This document shows positions 1 to 11,286 of a DNA stretch of 64,000 nucleotides, one piece after another; the first letter of the stretch is position 1, and each line of letters begins with the position of its first letter. This DNA is from Phoronis australis (taxonomy: Eukaryota; Animalia; Phoronida). Position numbers and translations under genes: made by a program. Below the pieces are notes generated by a model. That model saw nothing but the letters and a program-made list of their open reading frames with translations. It was not told the DNA's origin and made no database searches. Location of the stretch: contig NMRA01000007.1 in the NCBI GenBank assembly GCA_002633005.1, positions 1,735,042-1,799,041 on the forward strand. Reading direction: 5' to 3'.

Positions 1-747
1 CAGTACTCGAGAGTGTATGAACTTTGACGAAAGTAAAAACAAACGTTGACCCTAGTCTAGACTTGACAGGTTTATTTCTGTCGCACATTAATTCAAAAGT
101 CCCGGCTGCGATACAACCTCGTGGCCCCGTGTCACGAAAGCGTTGAATAATGATATTTATGACACGGTTCAAGTGTTGACTGCTACTGCTGCACGGTTAA
201 AAAAAAATAATGCGTTCTCAACTCTGCTCTGACTGCACAGCAAGTATGTCACCACTGTTACTATCTCTTGTTACTATTGGTTGTTTCGGGTTTTCAAAAT
301 ACTTGTCACTATTTGTTGCACTGAAACTAAAATTTACGCTTTATTTTTATAGACTCTCTCGGCCAGTATTCTTAGAATATAATGTTTAAATCATTGCAAT
401 GTCACTGCAAAAATGCTTAACCTTCAAAATCCTGTTACGTCCCAGCGGGGTATGTGGTCTAATGATCAAATACTATATCGCTGTCTCCAAACGAATCTAA
501 GTTGGTCATAACAAGATGAGGGTTTGGCTTATTCGGTATCACAATAAATGTCGAGTTTTCCAGTCCATTGGACATTTTTTTATATCCAGCGAACGATGAA
601 ACATCGTTATGGACTTTTGTGCGCCGTGGGTTCATTCGTCGGTCAACCAGAAATGAGACTTGTTACCAATCTCGCCAGAACAAACAGAAATGAATCTTAG
701 GTATTCTTGTGTCAGAGGGCGCAGTACCTATACAAAGTTACATATTT

Positions 748-899
748 CATTTGGGGATCTAGGATGTCGTAAAAGGTGGACGCCAACAACATTGTTTGAA
801 GGGGAAACGTCATCGTACCCCTTAAAAACATCATACCGACGACTTTTTGGTTGTGTCTGCAGAGGGGGAGGGGTCCTGCCGCCCCTAAATCCGCCTATG
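748..899. mobile_element. Degenerate MITE-like element (GGCGGATYYAGG-type termini)
   Basis: Right end CCTAAATCCGCCTATG is an imperfect inverted repeat of left end CATTTGGGGATCTAGG. Same terminus type as 60532-60703. Confidence 0.5.
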
Positions 900-2236
900 T
901 ATTTTCTTCATATTTTGAGTTGCTGAAGGCTCGTGTTGAACGTCATGTTACCTATGAAATTACGTCATAAAATGAAACAACCCACCGATTTCCTGTTGAC
1001 TTCAACTCACATTCACCTAAGTATGCGAATTTTATCAAAACATTTTCAAACAAAGATTCCTAAACAGTAAACGGTCAGTAGATCACGTACATCTTTTCAT
1101 AGGACGTTGGAAATATGCGCTAAAACGCACCGACAGACATTTTGGTGTCGGAATACAGTTTTCTCCCACGGGGACTATCGGCCAAGTTTGAAGCCTGGGA
1201 GTCTTTTAATTTACTTCATTTACTAAAATCAGTCACGACGTTGTGACTGTGTAATGTTATTAGTCCCCATTGTTGCTTTTATTGCAAATTAATGGCTGGT
1301 TAAATTGTTTTTCAAATGAAGATGCCTGGAAGATATAAATAGATTGTTCTTATCAATAGAGGGCTTATGCTCAAAATGTAAACAACTTGTTTAAAAGTTG
1401 GAGCAAATTTATGGTTTTGCTCGGAGTCCTTTAGATTACTGTCTTAAATTTCAGCTTCATCAAATTTTGCAAGAACTCGGTATGATGATGTCCTATGTCA
1501 GTGTAGCGCACCGTGTATACGCGTATTTTGGCCACATAGTGCTATAATTATGTGAAATACTTGAATAAAACTAAGTATCAAGAGTGTCTGAGTGAAGCTT
1601 GACTTGTTCGTTTCAAGATGATAGATGCTGGCGTTTTCACACTGCAATATTAACTATATTTAAATGAAAATGTTAACTAATGGACAATAGCCACATTAAA
1701 AATACCCAGTTTGAAATGTGTTCATACAGAACGGAAGTCCCCCTGGTCTGTAGCTTGGGGTTTAGCAGCATCTGCGGGAAATATTTCAAGAATAGTTTTT
1801 TTTTCAAAAACGCATTATTTCGAAAATAGGCGCATGGGCCTCCATACGTACTTATACGGTATGTACATAGTCAACTCAAAATTACCAAAAATATGCGTAT
1901 TTAGGCGCATTGCCTATAATTGAAATAATGCGTATTTTCAAAGACATTTTGACTTCAGTCACTTACGCACATAGACTTTACGTCTTTGCGTCTAAGCTTC
2001 TCTTGTAGGCGCAGGCGGATATACCTTGCATTTGTGCATATCCGGAATTTTGAATACTTTTGATTTAATTTTAGTATTATTGAATTCACGTCTACGTCTA
2101 TCATATAGTAACGGATAAGCAAAGTTTAATTCACATAATATTTAGAACTGTACTCCCAGCGCGTTTCCTCACGTGCTTCGTAGGTGCATGCGCCTAATTC
2201 CGGATATAGTTACAACTTCACGGATTCAGGGAATAG

Positions 2237-2250
2237 GGTTCATAGGGTCA
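2237..2250 (+). promoter_or_regulatory. Candidate retinoic acid response element, DR2
   Basis: GGTTCA-ta-GGGTCA, two perfect RGKTCA half-sites, in the CYP26 upstream intron. Confidence 0.45.
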
Positions 2251-3003
2251 TGCGCCTATGGGGCCTGTATCCAAAAATAGGCGCGCGCATTCTCTTATTT
2301 GTGGAACACTCGAATAAAACCAAGGAGTAAATTGTGAAAATAAAGGTTGTCCCAAAAACGTACTTACACTACAGTACAACGCCCGGGATCAGACTCCGCG
2401 CCCCCATCAACTGGATGATTACAAGTTGCTTTGAAAGTAGGTGAGTGAGCTGTCCCGAAGAGCTGCGTATGCACGGGAATGGCAAACAAGTCAGTTTTGG
2501 AGAACGAATATTTATCACGCAATGCTACAGGAAATTCAAAATCGGAAAGTGCAAATAGAAACAATTAACATTTCTTCCAAGTCAACAAACACTGCATTCA
2601 TTCTGGTTTAAAGTTTTTAGAACCAAAATAAAGTTCTCTTTTTGTTCACCTCTTCATGAAATTAAAGTTTGTTTCTAAGTCAATGAACTACGCATTTATT
2701 GCCATTTGAGGTGTACGTACATTTTTGTGATACCCTGTATTGTATGACTGAATTTACTTATCCGTTGTAAAATAGTAGACGTTGGCGTGGATCCAGTTTA
2801 CCATTAACGAATATAGGAAAAGCACTAAAAACGGATGCAAACACGTCAAAATACCCTGTTTGAAATATGCGTATTTAGAAGGATTAGTCGCCTGCCCCTT
2901 TGCTGTACGTTCAGGTGCACATACGGTAGAGCACAATTTTTGCGAAACCGTTGTGTTTCACGCGCATTGACGTGTAATGATTTGAGCTCCTCATTCAAGG
3001 ATG

Positions 3004-3020
3004 GGTTCAACCAAAGTTCA
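3004..3020 (+). promoter_or_regulatory. Candidate retinoic acid response element, DR5
   Basis: GGTTCA-accaa-AGTTCA, close to the vertebrate Cyp26a1 proximal RARE (AGTTCA-cccaa-AGTTCA). An extra TGAACT half-site lies at 3040-3045. Confidence 0.7.
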
Positions 3021-3903
3021 CCAAAGCATGTATACTGAATGAACTCAACAAAAAATAGATTTTATGGGATTGACAATTGTTTGCTTGTGCCTTAATTTCA
3101 ATGTTATCTCTCCTCGCGACATCGTTCTTATTTTTAGGGCTCAAATTTCTATGTTTTCGAAGAATACGTTACGAAAATGTCTCGTATGAACACTTTCAAT
3201 CGCCTTTCAAGTCATGTCAAATTTTACACCCATCAAATATTTTAGCATATAGGTAGGTGAGTAGATCTAAATCTCATTTAGTACTAACAAAATATCATAA
3301 ATAGCCCTATCCCACATCCAGTGTACATACACACAATTAAATGAACAACAAAAAGTGTGAAAGACCAATTGTCCTTTTTTATGTGTTGACAAAGACTGGT
3401 GCGACCTGCGCATTGTGGGGATTCTAATCACCAGTTTACTGCATATGTAGGTTTTAATCTGCTGCGAATGAACGCGCATGTGACGTCTTCTATCATTGAA
3501 AATGATTTTCTGTACAGGAAATCTCGTGCGAAGCACTGAAAAAATCCAAGAACGGGCGCTCATCAGTTTTCCGATTTTGAAGTTTAGTTAATGTTACTAT
3601 TAAAACCTAGTTCACTATCACTGGGTATCATATATAATTGCAATTTTTGTTGAAATATTGTCCCACAATTAAGTTACTCTGCTTGTCTGTTCAAAAAGCA
3701 ATCTCTTTTAAAATAAATTTATTAGGCTCTGTAAGAATTGATCCATCGATACACTAGTTAACAAGCATTTTTCGATATCACACTATCGGAAATTATAATT
3801 CCTGGTGTATTTGACGTCTAAGAGCTTTTTCATTTCAATTTATCATGTTCTTAATTCTAATTTATTTTTTAATTATTAGTAATTCCTTTCTTGTTGTTTT
3901 CAG

Positions 3904-4404
3904 CCTCAATACTCTGAAAAGTCCCGCACAAAGTATGGCAATGTCTACAAATCTCACCAATTGGGAGTGCCAGTCGTGCGTGTATGCGGCGGTGAAAACA
4001 TGAAGAAAGTTATTCAAGGAGAGGGCGATATTGTCGCACAATTTTACCCAGCAGCATTGCGCACGTTGCTAGGCAACAAATGTCTGATCAACCAATTGGG
4101 AGACAAACACGATCAACTTCATCGAACCATCCGCAAGTGCTTCAGTCACGACACTTTGGAGGGCTTCATACCTCACATACAGGAAATGTTGCAAGACCAA
4201 CTTCTCGCGCGATGGTGCGACAAACTTGGAGATTTCGGCGCCTGGGAAGAATGCAGACGGCTCGTGTTCACTCTTGCCTGTTATTCGATGGTTGGTCTAA
4301 ATTTCGAAGAAGATGAAGTGGATTGTTTGTACAAGAACTTTGTCACTCTATTTAAAGGTTTTTTCACAGTCAAAATACCTGCACCGGGTACAACGTATTG
4401 TGAA
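3904..4404 (+). CDS. CYP26: CYP26-family cytochrome P450, internal coding exon (first visible; upstream exon with TM anchor/PPG motif not found in window)
   Basis: Acceptor ttgtttttcag|3904, donor gaa|gtaagt at 4405, 501 nt, phase 0-0. Translates PQYSEKSRTKYGNVYKSHQLGVPVVRVCGGENMKKVIQGE..., matching CYP26 RKYGNVFKTHLLGRPxxRVxGAENVRKIL. Confidence 0.9.
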
Positions 4405-4682
4405 GTAAGTTATCGGATAAAATTACTGATATCATTATTGTTACTTTAACACACCTAAAGTCTACCTTTGAATAACAGTCGTGAGCAAGTTTCCAGATGC
4501 ACTGTTAAATGTAGATTAAATGTGAATACAGCTGCATTATGTGTCCTTCCCTGTCGTTCAGAAATAAAAAATAAAGTATATCCAGGAAAATTCTTGAAGG
4601 AAAAGGTTACGAAATGCCAAATAATTAAAAATTAACTACAGTTGAGCGGCGACATGATTACGTACAAAAACGTCTTTTTCAG

Positions 4683-5093
4683 GCTATGAAGTCGCGGAAT
4701 ATAATTCGCGAGAAGATTCGCAAAGCGCTGAAAGAAACCACATCCAATCCAAACAGCATGTTAAGCCAAGTTAAAAAGTTGTACAAAGAAAGTCAAGAAG
4801 ACGAAGAAACGTGCCTTCAACTGTGTACAGAGCTGATGTCGTTCGGTCACGAAACTACGAGTGGAACATTCACAGCGCTCATTTACCAGTTGGCATCCCA
4901 CCCTGACGTCACGCGCCGAATTCGAGCGGAAATTGACGAACACTACTCACTAGACGCGCGGTCTTCTGAGCCCCTGACGCTCAGTACGTTGAACAAAATG
5001 TCCTACATCGATGCAGTGGTCAAAGAATCGATGCGCATTTTACCTCCTGTTGCAGGCTTTTACCGAAAAGTTACAAAAACGTTTGAATTAGAG
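4683..5093 (+). CDS. CYP26: CYP26-family P450 exon with I-helix and K-helix
   Basis: Acceptor tttttcag|gct, donor gag|gtaagt, 411 nt, phase 0-0. I-helix TELMSFGHETTSG (CYP26A1 TELLFGGHETTAS) and ExxR motif KESMRILPPVAGFYRKVTKTFELE. Both intron positions match vertebrate CYP26A1 junctions as I recall them (YR|GMKAR, ELN|GYQIPKGW). Confidence 0.93.
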
Positions 5094-5907
5094 GTAAGTA
5101 ATTATAGCGTATTATTCAAATATGAATACTCGATTCAACATTCATTCCATGAAATCTAAGTAATAAACTTGTCATTATTGCAATGATCTGTCGCTTTTTA
5201 AGCATTAAAATTTGTTGATTTATCGAAAATTAAGTTACCGTTCTTAAAATCCCAATTGTTTAGTGTCTCAATAAAAATAAAGAAAAAGAAAAAAGTACGA
5301 CTGCCTTAATGGCCTTTGAGAATATCACTTTGCTTGCATTAAATAGATAATCAATTTCAGTGTTCAGATTTGTCGTTCAAAGCGCGACTCCTGGCTCACC
5401 GAGTCTATTACGTACGCTGTATTACTGCTTAAAAGTTGAAAATGTTTGTAAAACCACTGACGCAGAGGGTGCCTTTAAGCTAGCGTCTGTGTGGAGACAT
5501 GTGTCTAACGACTGTGCCCGCGTGAAACCGGTTCATCTAGAGGTTGAATTGGTCGTGAACGGAGCACCCTTCCTTGTAGTTATTTTTGCTTAAAATTGAG
5601 AGACAAGTGAGCTTTCAGGCCATTGACAAAAGACCAAGGTTTTTATGTTGTTGTCTTTCGATATTACTCCCGCGGATAAAGGAGGGATATGACATCTTGC
5701 TTTGCCAACGTACTTGTTGGAACAAGTTAATGTCCCCTAGCGTGAAAAGTTAATCTGGCGCCCGACACACACGCACCGTCAACATAGTTTGTTTGATAAT
5801 GTGAAAAGCATAAGGAGTCTTTGTAGTGGCAAAAACTAGCTTTTCACCGCTGTTAATTTCAATTATTGTTTTATTTTACTCGCCTCTTGTAATGTGTATT
5901 ATCTGAC

Positions 5908-6138
5908 CATGCGCGCACCCAGTCTAAAAAATGAGGGGCTCGAATTTTTGAGAATGTGGATCTTTTACTAAAAAAACGGGGTACGCCGAATGTTGGTAGT
6001 TCCTGCCTTTCCAGTGGACTTTTGTCTCGTTTTCGACTTTTTCGGACTTTTTTCTTCTCTGAGGCGGACCTTTTTGCCCACTTCGCCAAACGGAGAGGGT
6101 CATTCGAGCCTCCCGAGCCCCTCCTGGGTGCGCGCATG
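5908..6138. mobile_element. MITE with perfect 15-bp terminal inverted repeats
   Basis: CATGCGCGCACCCAG ... CTGGGTGCGCGCATG. Internal sequence is clearly homologous to 27466-27708. Confidence 0.85.
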
Positions 6139-6467
6139 TTGACCATGCTTCAATTTGCTTGGTCCAAGCAGGGCAACTGATTGATGAAAAAGCTAGCATT
6201 GTAAAGTTTGTTGGGTTATAAATTGTTTATTTAAGTGTGTGTGGTGTGAAACAAGTTTTTTTTTTCAATTTAGTCCGTTGAGTTCAGTGAAAATTGGGTA
6301 ATAAAACGCCGTATTTTCGTATCGTACTTAGCGTGTTTTTACCAGGTGCTTTCCACTCACAATAGGTTTTCTATTTCAAAGTATGATCGCCAGTATCAGG
6401 AATCGCGTATGGCACGTCAGAGAAATTAATACGCGTTTAAAGCAGTAGGCCCTATGTTGTCTCCCCA

Positions 6468-6487
6468 TGAACTGGGGCGAGTGAACT
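6468..6487 (-). promoter_or_regulatory. Candidate RAR/RXR element, DR8
   Basis: + strand TGAACT-ggggcgag-TGAACT, i.e. two AGTTCA half-sites with an 8-nt spacer on the minus strand. Confidence 0.35.
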
Positions 6488-8141
6488 TTTGCCTCCAAAT
6501 ATTTTCTTCTCCTTCATTGGATTATCAGACGAAAAAGTGGTGCGCGTTTGGTACATTTCAGCCCCTGGCAATTGAGCATGTTTACTATTTCGTGGCATAT
6601 GGACCGCATGATCGCAGCGGAAGAAGCATTCTCTGGTCCTAATTTGCGACTCGAAACCGGACCAAAGATTATGTAAACGCTTGGGGCCCACCACATCGTT
6701 TTGATTAAAAACACAGATCCTTAAAGGCTAAGATGTTCAGTCGTTAAGATACAAAACTCTTTGCATCGCCTCATGCTTCGAATTAAGCAATGCTTTTGCG
6801 CTAATTTAACAAATGCAACTTTTCGCGTCTCCTTCACGACAGTTTTGGTATTGATAGCCCACCGAATGATTTACAATTGTGTATGTAGTTGGAACACTAT
6901 CTAGATGATTATCTTTCGAACTTTCTGTTTAAGTGGTAATGCTTCCGCATAATTAAAGCTAAAGTTATTTCTGAGCATGCTAATTAAGCAAGTTGCGATT
7001 GTGATTTACTTATAACAGACAAACGCTTTTAGTAACATAGAATTGTCGTAGAGGTCAGGGTGTAACCTGCTGATCTTCGTCATATGCACCTCGGTAAACC
7101 AAGGCACCTAGACTTCCCAGCCGGCGCACAAAATTCTTCTCTCGCGAACAAATGTTCTCCTCTACTGGACCCCCCTTTGCGTCTCGCGGACATATTTTTT
7201 TGCTCGCGGACGGACCAATCCTGTTCCCGCATATCATTCCTTGCTGCGTTGCCACTTCCACGTTCACGTAAGTGTTAACCCTGGTTGTTTCATTTTTCAA
7301 TGAATTATTTGAATATCGTAATATCAAATATTTTTCCTCTCCATACCCTCTGTGAATATTATCCTGTTTATCAAATTTAATTACAAAAAGTATTGATACT
7401 TTATCAATACTCATGTTTACTGGATCACAGAATACGAAGCCCGTCGACATGTAGTGTTGAGCGCATTTTTACTGTATCCTAAAACCACTGTCAGTACGTG
7501 CTCATTCGATTCGAAGTTCGTTCATTTCCGTGTGACGTTATCTTGTACATCACATTGTACCGTGGTACGGAAAATGAATATTGTATCGCGTTGTCAGTAT
7601 ATGGACATTTGATTTGTTTTTTTGTTTTTTTCATTTTATAGCTTAAAAGCAGTAGTTGTGAAATGATTATTTAAGAAACGAATGATCGAAACTTGGCGGG
7701 AATGTGTTTACAAGTAGAGACTTTTCACAGTTGATTTGCGCGTGGAGATTTTTTATCAGGTAATGGTTTCATTTTCGCGGACGAGATAATATGCGGGTGC
7801 AGAGTTGTTCCGTGCAAAGAATTCGCTCTCGTGACGCAACGGGAGGAGAATACGCGTCCGCGAGAGGGGAATAGTATGCGCGAGAGAAGAATTTGGTGAG
7901 TGGACACAGAATTATAGGTGCCTTGTAAACCGTCTCAAACTCATTTTGGCACAGTTTTATGTTTTGACCTCCAAAGGTGCGCTTTTTGTCGTTTAAAAAA
8001 CCGTTTAGCATATCATAAATGTCTCACCTATAAACACTAATGGCAACAAAATTTGCTGCTACTTCTAGGTCACCATACTTCATTTTTGAGACAAGGTATA
8101 CTCTAGTTTTTATGTAGAGGCGTCAGCTATTTTTGATGTGA

Positions 8142-8158
8142 TGACCCGGAACTGACCC
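8142..8158 (-). promoter_or_regulatory. Candidate retinoic acid response element, DR5
   Basis: + strand TGACCC-ggaac-TGACCC (GGGTCA-n5-GGGTCA on minus) in the last CYP26 intron. Further half-sites at 8068 (AGGTCA) and 8175 (TGAACT). Confidence 0.55.
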
Positions 8159-8625
8159 GGTCACTTGTGGGCATTGAACTCATGTGAATAAAACATCTGT
8201 ATCTTTCGCTTTTTTATCTTTCTCGTACTTGGACAATTTTCTCAACCATTCGCCTGAACATCAATGTGTTTGGGCGGCGATCCCCTCTCTGCGTCTTTTG
8301 GTATTAGTCAGTATTATTTGGACAGAGAAATTTGCATTTTGTTGGAGGTGTTGTACTGTGACAGTGGTCTTTTTAAAGTATGAAATCATGCTAGAAACTA
8401 CCGATTGATTGAGTTATTATTGTCGTGACCATATATGATTAACATAATGCTGGTGAATGAAAAAACGAATGAATAAATGCAAAACATGTAAATGTGTCAG
8501 GTAATGACGCTACCGCCAAAAGGTGATTCTATCTCAATCAATCGTTCCTGGCGTTTTACGTGTTATTTCTTCTGCACTTCCTCGTGGTCTCCAATTTTAT
8601 CGTAGTGTTTTCGTTGTCTTTTCAG

Positions 8626-9219
8626 GGCTACCAGATTCCTAAAGGTTGGTACGTCACCCTATTGATCAAAGATACTCATGCAGTGACGGATGTGTTCAAA
8701 AACAAAACTGAATTTGATCCCGACAGATGGCAGCATCAGACGAACAACAGCGACACTAACGACAGCGACACTAACGACAGCGACACTAACGACAGCGACA
8801 CTAACGACAGCGACACTAACGACAGCGACACTAACAACAACGATCGTGTTGTTAAAAACAGTAACTACGAGTTAGCCAATACACATGCTTGCCCACAACA
8901 ACAAAATAACCTCAAAAACCGCAGAGTTACAAATGGGTGTCCTTTGGTGGGAAAACGCAACTCACTAGAAGGCACCGAGAACAAGTCGCCGATGAAATGT
9001 CCATACGATTTTATGCCCTTTGGAAGGGGGAAACGAATATGTGTTGGCAAAGACTACGCATCAATGGTACTTAAGATTTTCACAATTGAACTCGTGAGAA
9101 ATTGCGACTGGGTCATACACAACCCCAATCCCATATTTCAGCGTGTACCTTCTCTGGTGCCGATAGATGGCCTTCCAGTCACATTCAATCGCCTGATGAA
9201 GACTTCGTATGAGGAATGA
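8626..9219 (+). CDS. CYP26: CYP26-family P450 terminal coding exon with heme-binding motif
   Basis: Acceptor gtcttttcag|ggc. Encodes GYQIPKGW, PERF-like FDPDRW and heme signature FMPFGRGKRICVG, then PSLVPIDGLPVTF; stop TGA at 9217-9219. Confidence 0.93.
   Translation, partial: GYQIPKGWYVTLLIKDTHAVTDVFKNKTEFDPDRWQHQTNNSDTNDSDTNDSDTNDSDTNDSDTNDSDTNNNDRVVKNSNYELANTHACPQQQNNLKNRRVTNGCPLVGKRNSLEGTENKSPMKCPYDFMPFGRGKRICVGKDYASMVLKIFTIELVRNCDWVIHNPNPIFQRVPSLVPIDGLPVTFNRLMKTSYEE
8746..8835 (+). repeat. Coding minisatellite, 6 x 15 bp (GACAGCGACACTAAC) encoding (DSDTN)n
   Basis: Five identical units plus one with a single substitution, read directly; in frame within the P450 exon. Confidence 0.97.
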
Positions 9220-10792
9220 AACTCTGCGTGAAAAAATAGATAATCGATGGCTCTTGAAAACTCGAGACATCTGAATTAAAAAGGCACAAACCAGATACAC
9301 TGAACTTTCTCAGTGTTTTATCGGCCAGGAAAACCACAATGTAGGAGACATATCAACACTATACCTGACCAATCCTCAATCAGTGGTGTTCCCGTAATGG
9401 CAGGAAGCAATCATCCTCATGGTCACTTCTCAACAGATCTAAGGAGCGATCTTAGTGTCACCTTGTGACGACACATCCATGAATCAGTTTTTGGCGGCCA
9501 CAATTATGAATTCGTAATTATCGCGCCAAAATGGTCAAGCTCATCTCCCGTTCTAACCAATATAAGATGAATGTGTTATGATCACATGATGATATATGTC
9601 CAATACAATGGCCAGGGAGTTGATTCGACATCTGACACGACATAAAATAACCATATGTATCGTGTTCACGCTCAATTAAAACAGACCAATAGGTGAGCAG
9701 TTTACTCGTATGCTAACTTAATCAGAAGTTAACAAAACCTACTCTTTGTACCCAGGGCGAACAATATCGCACCAAGGCAGGTTAAAAAATATTTAACATT
9801 GTGTCGTTTTTCAAGTATGGGATATGATTGGTTCCTTCAACTGGATGTTGTAATCTGAATGCCGACTGGTTCTTCTGCAAGTGAGAGCATAAGCGAACGC
9901 GCTGACTGTGACTCGAACGCGCACTACTCGTCCACGTGAATCATCACAAGGTCTGGTACGCGTCCAAGTGAGTCGTTACAAAGTGATGGGCGTTCCCTAC
10001 AAATCAGCCGGCTCATCTGAAAACCTTGCAGCTGCGATGAAGTCGCAGTATTTCGTCACGTGACCGCTTGATCACGTGCTACACATTTTCGCGATTCAGA
10101 CTTGTGTAACATTTGCCTCTGAGGGTGTGAGTTATTGCAAAACTCTCAGGTGCATACATACGAAGAAAATGAACTTTATCGTCATAGCTGTCGTCAGTTA
10201 TATTGCAATGTTGTAGATATGTATTATCAAACTGTGTTATTTATGTTTAATTGGTATTTTATTATAACTTATTCTATTTTGACATATCAATACATATTAC
10301 TTCTCAAGCACTCGATTTTCTCTTTTCACATGCCACTGATTGTCGTCAAAATACGCTAAAGTGGACAGTTGGGGCTAGTCAAAATCCAAACATTACAATT
10401 TGAAAAACAATCACTAGTAAGATTTAGTGTTATATACTCGAACATGTGAAGGTAATGATTCAAAAGAAATTGGCAACGATATCGCAATCGTCAAATGTGT
10501 TTTTATCGAATAATTAATACGTAACTGCGGTAACGTTCATCAAAGCAACGTAAATGACTATTGAAAACGTTTTTGGTGCCAGCACGTGATCACAGCCTTT
10601 TATCAGATAAAGTCATTCTCGGTTTTCAAAACACATTTTATAGGAAAAAGCATTCGTCTGTAATTTACTTTTTTAGTTGGAAACGAACTTTACAATCTTA
10701 TTCATGAGTTTCGCAAAATTCAACACGGAAACTCTTAGCTGAATATTCGCGATGACTGATTCAGAGTTTTTCTAACAATTATATAATCCTTA

Positions 10793-10798
10793 AATAAA
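10793..10798 (+). terminator. Possible polyadenylation signal of the CYP26 transcript
   Basis: AATAAA followed by T/GT-rich sequence about 1.6 kb after the stop codon; not verified. Confidence 0.3.
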
Positions 10799-11211
10799 AC
10801 AAACACTGTTTTATTGATTTTACGAAATTGTTATTCATTTTCTTGAATTTATTGATAACAATTATTGCTAGCAACTATGTCATAATCGACGATATCGTTT
10901 TATGTAAGGTTTTACGTAATAATCTAATAAACGTAAGCCTCAATTTTTTTTCAAAATAAATAGTAAGGTCCACCGCAGACGGAGAACTACATGCTGAGCT
11001 GTCTGTCTCAAGTAAACGATAGCTGAACGGACAGCTTACGTCAATGGGTGAAAAGACGACCACAACTAGATGAGCTCCTGCTTGTTCATTCAACTGTTCT
11101 CTGCTTACTTATCGGTAACTTGAAGCAAGCTCGGGTATCCGTCCGCGGTGACTCTTAGAATGTGTATGATAAAATGTCATATTACAACTATGGATTTGAT
11201 ACACGTGTCTG

Positions 11212-11212
<1 letters not shown>

Positions 11213-11252
<40 letters not shown>

Positions 11253-11286
11253 CATTATTATTATTATCATTATTATTTTATTATTA
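11213..11286. repeat. (TAT)n microsatellite
   Basis: About 24 TAT units with a few CAT interruptions. Confidence 0.97.

Noticed and set aside
1-3903. CYP26 first exon (membrane anchor plus PPG hinge)
   Set aside because: No frame with a hydrophobic anchor and PPGxxGxP ending at a donor site was found; the CCCCCTGGT at about 1739 hits a stop. Presumed upstream of the window.
8690-8875. (TTATL)n alternate-frame ORF
   Set aside because: Alternate reading of the 15-bp repeat within the P450 exon; non-ATG start.
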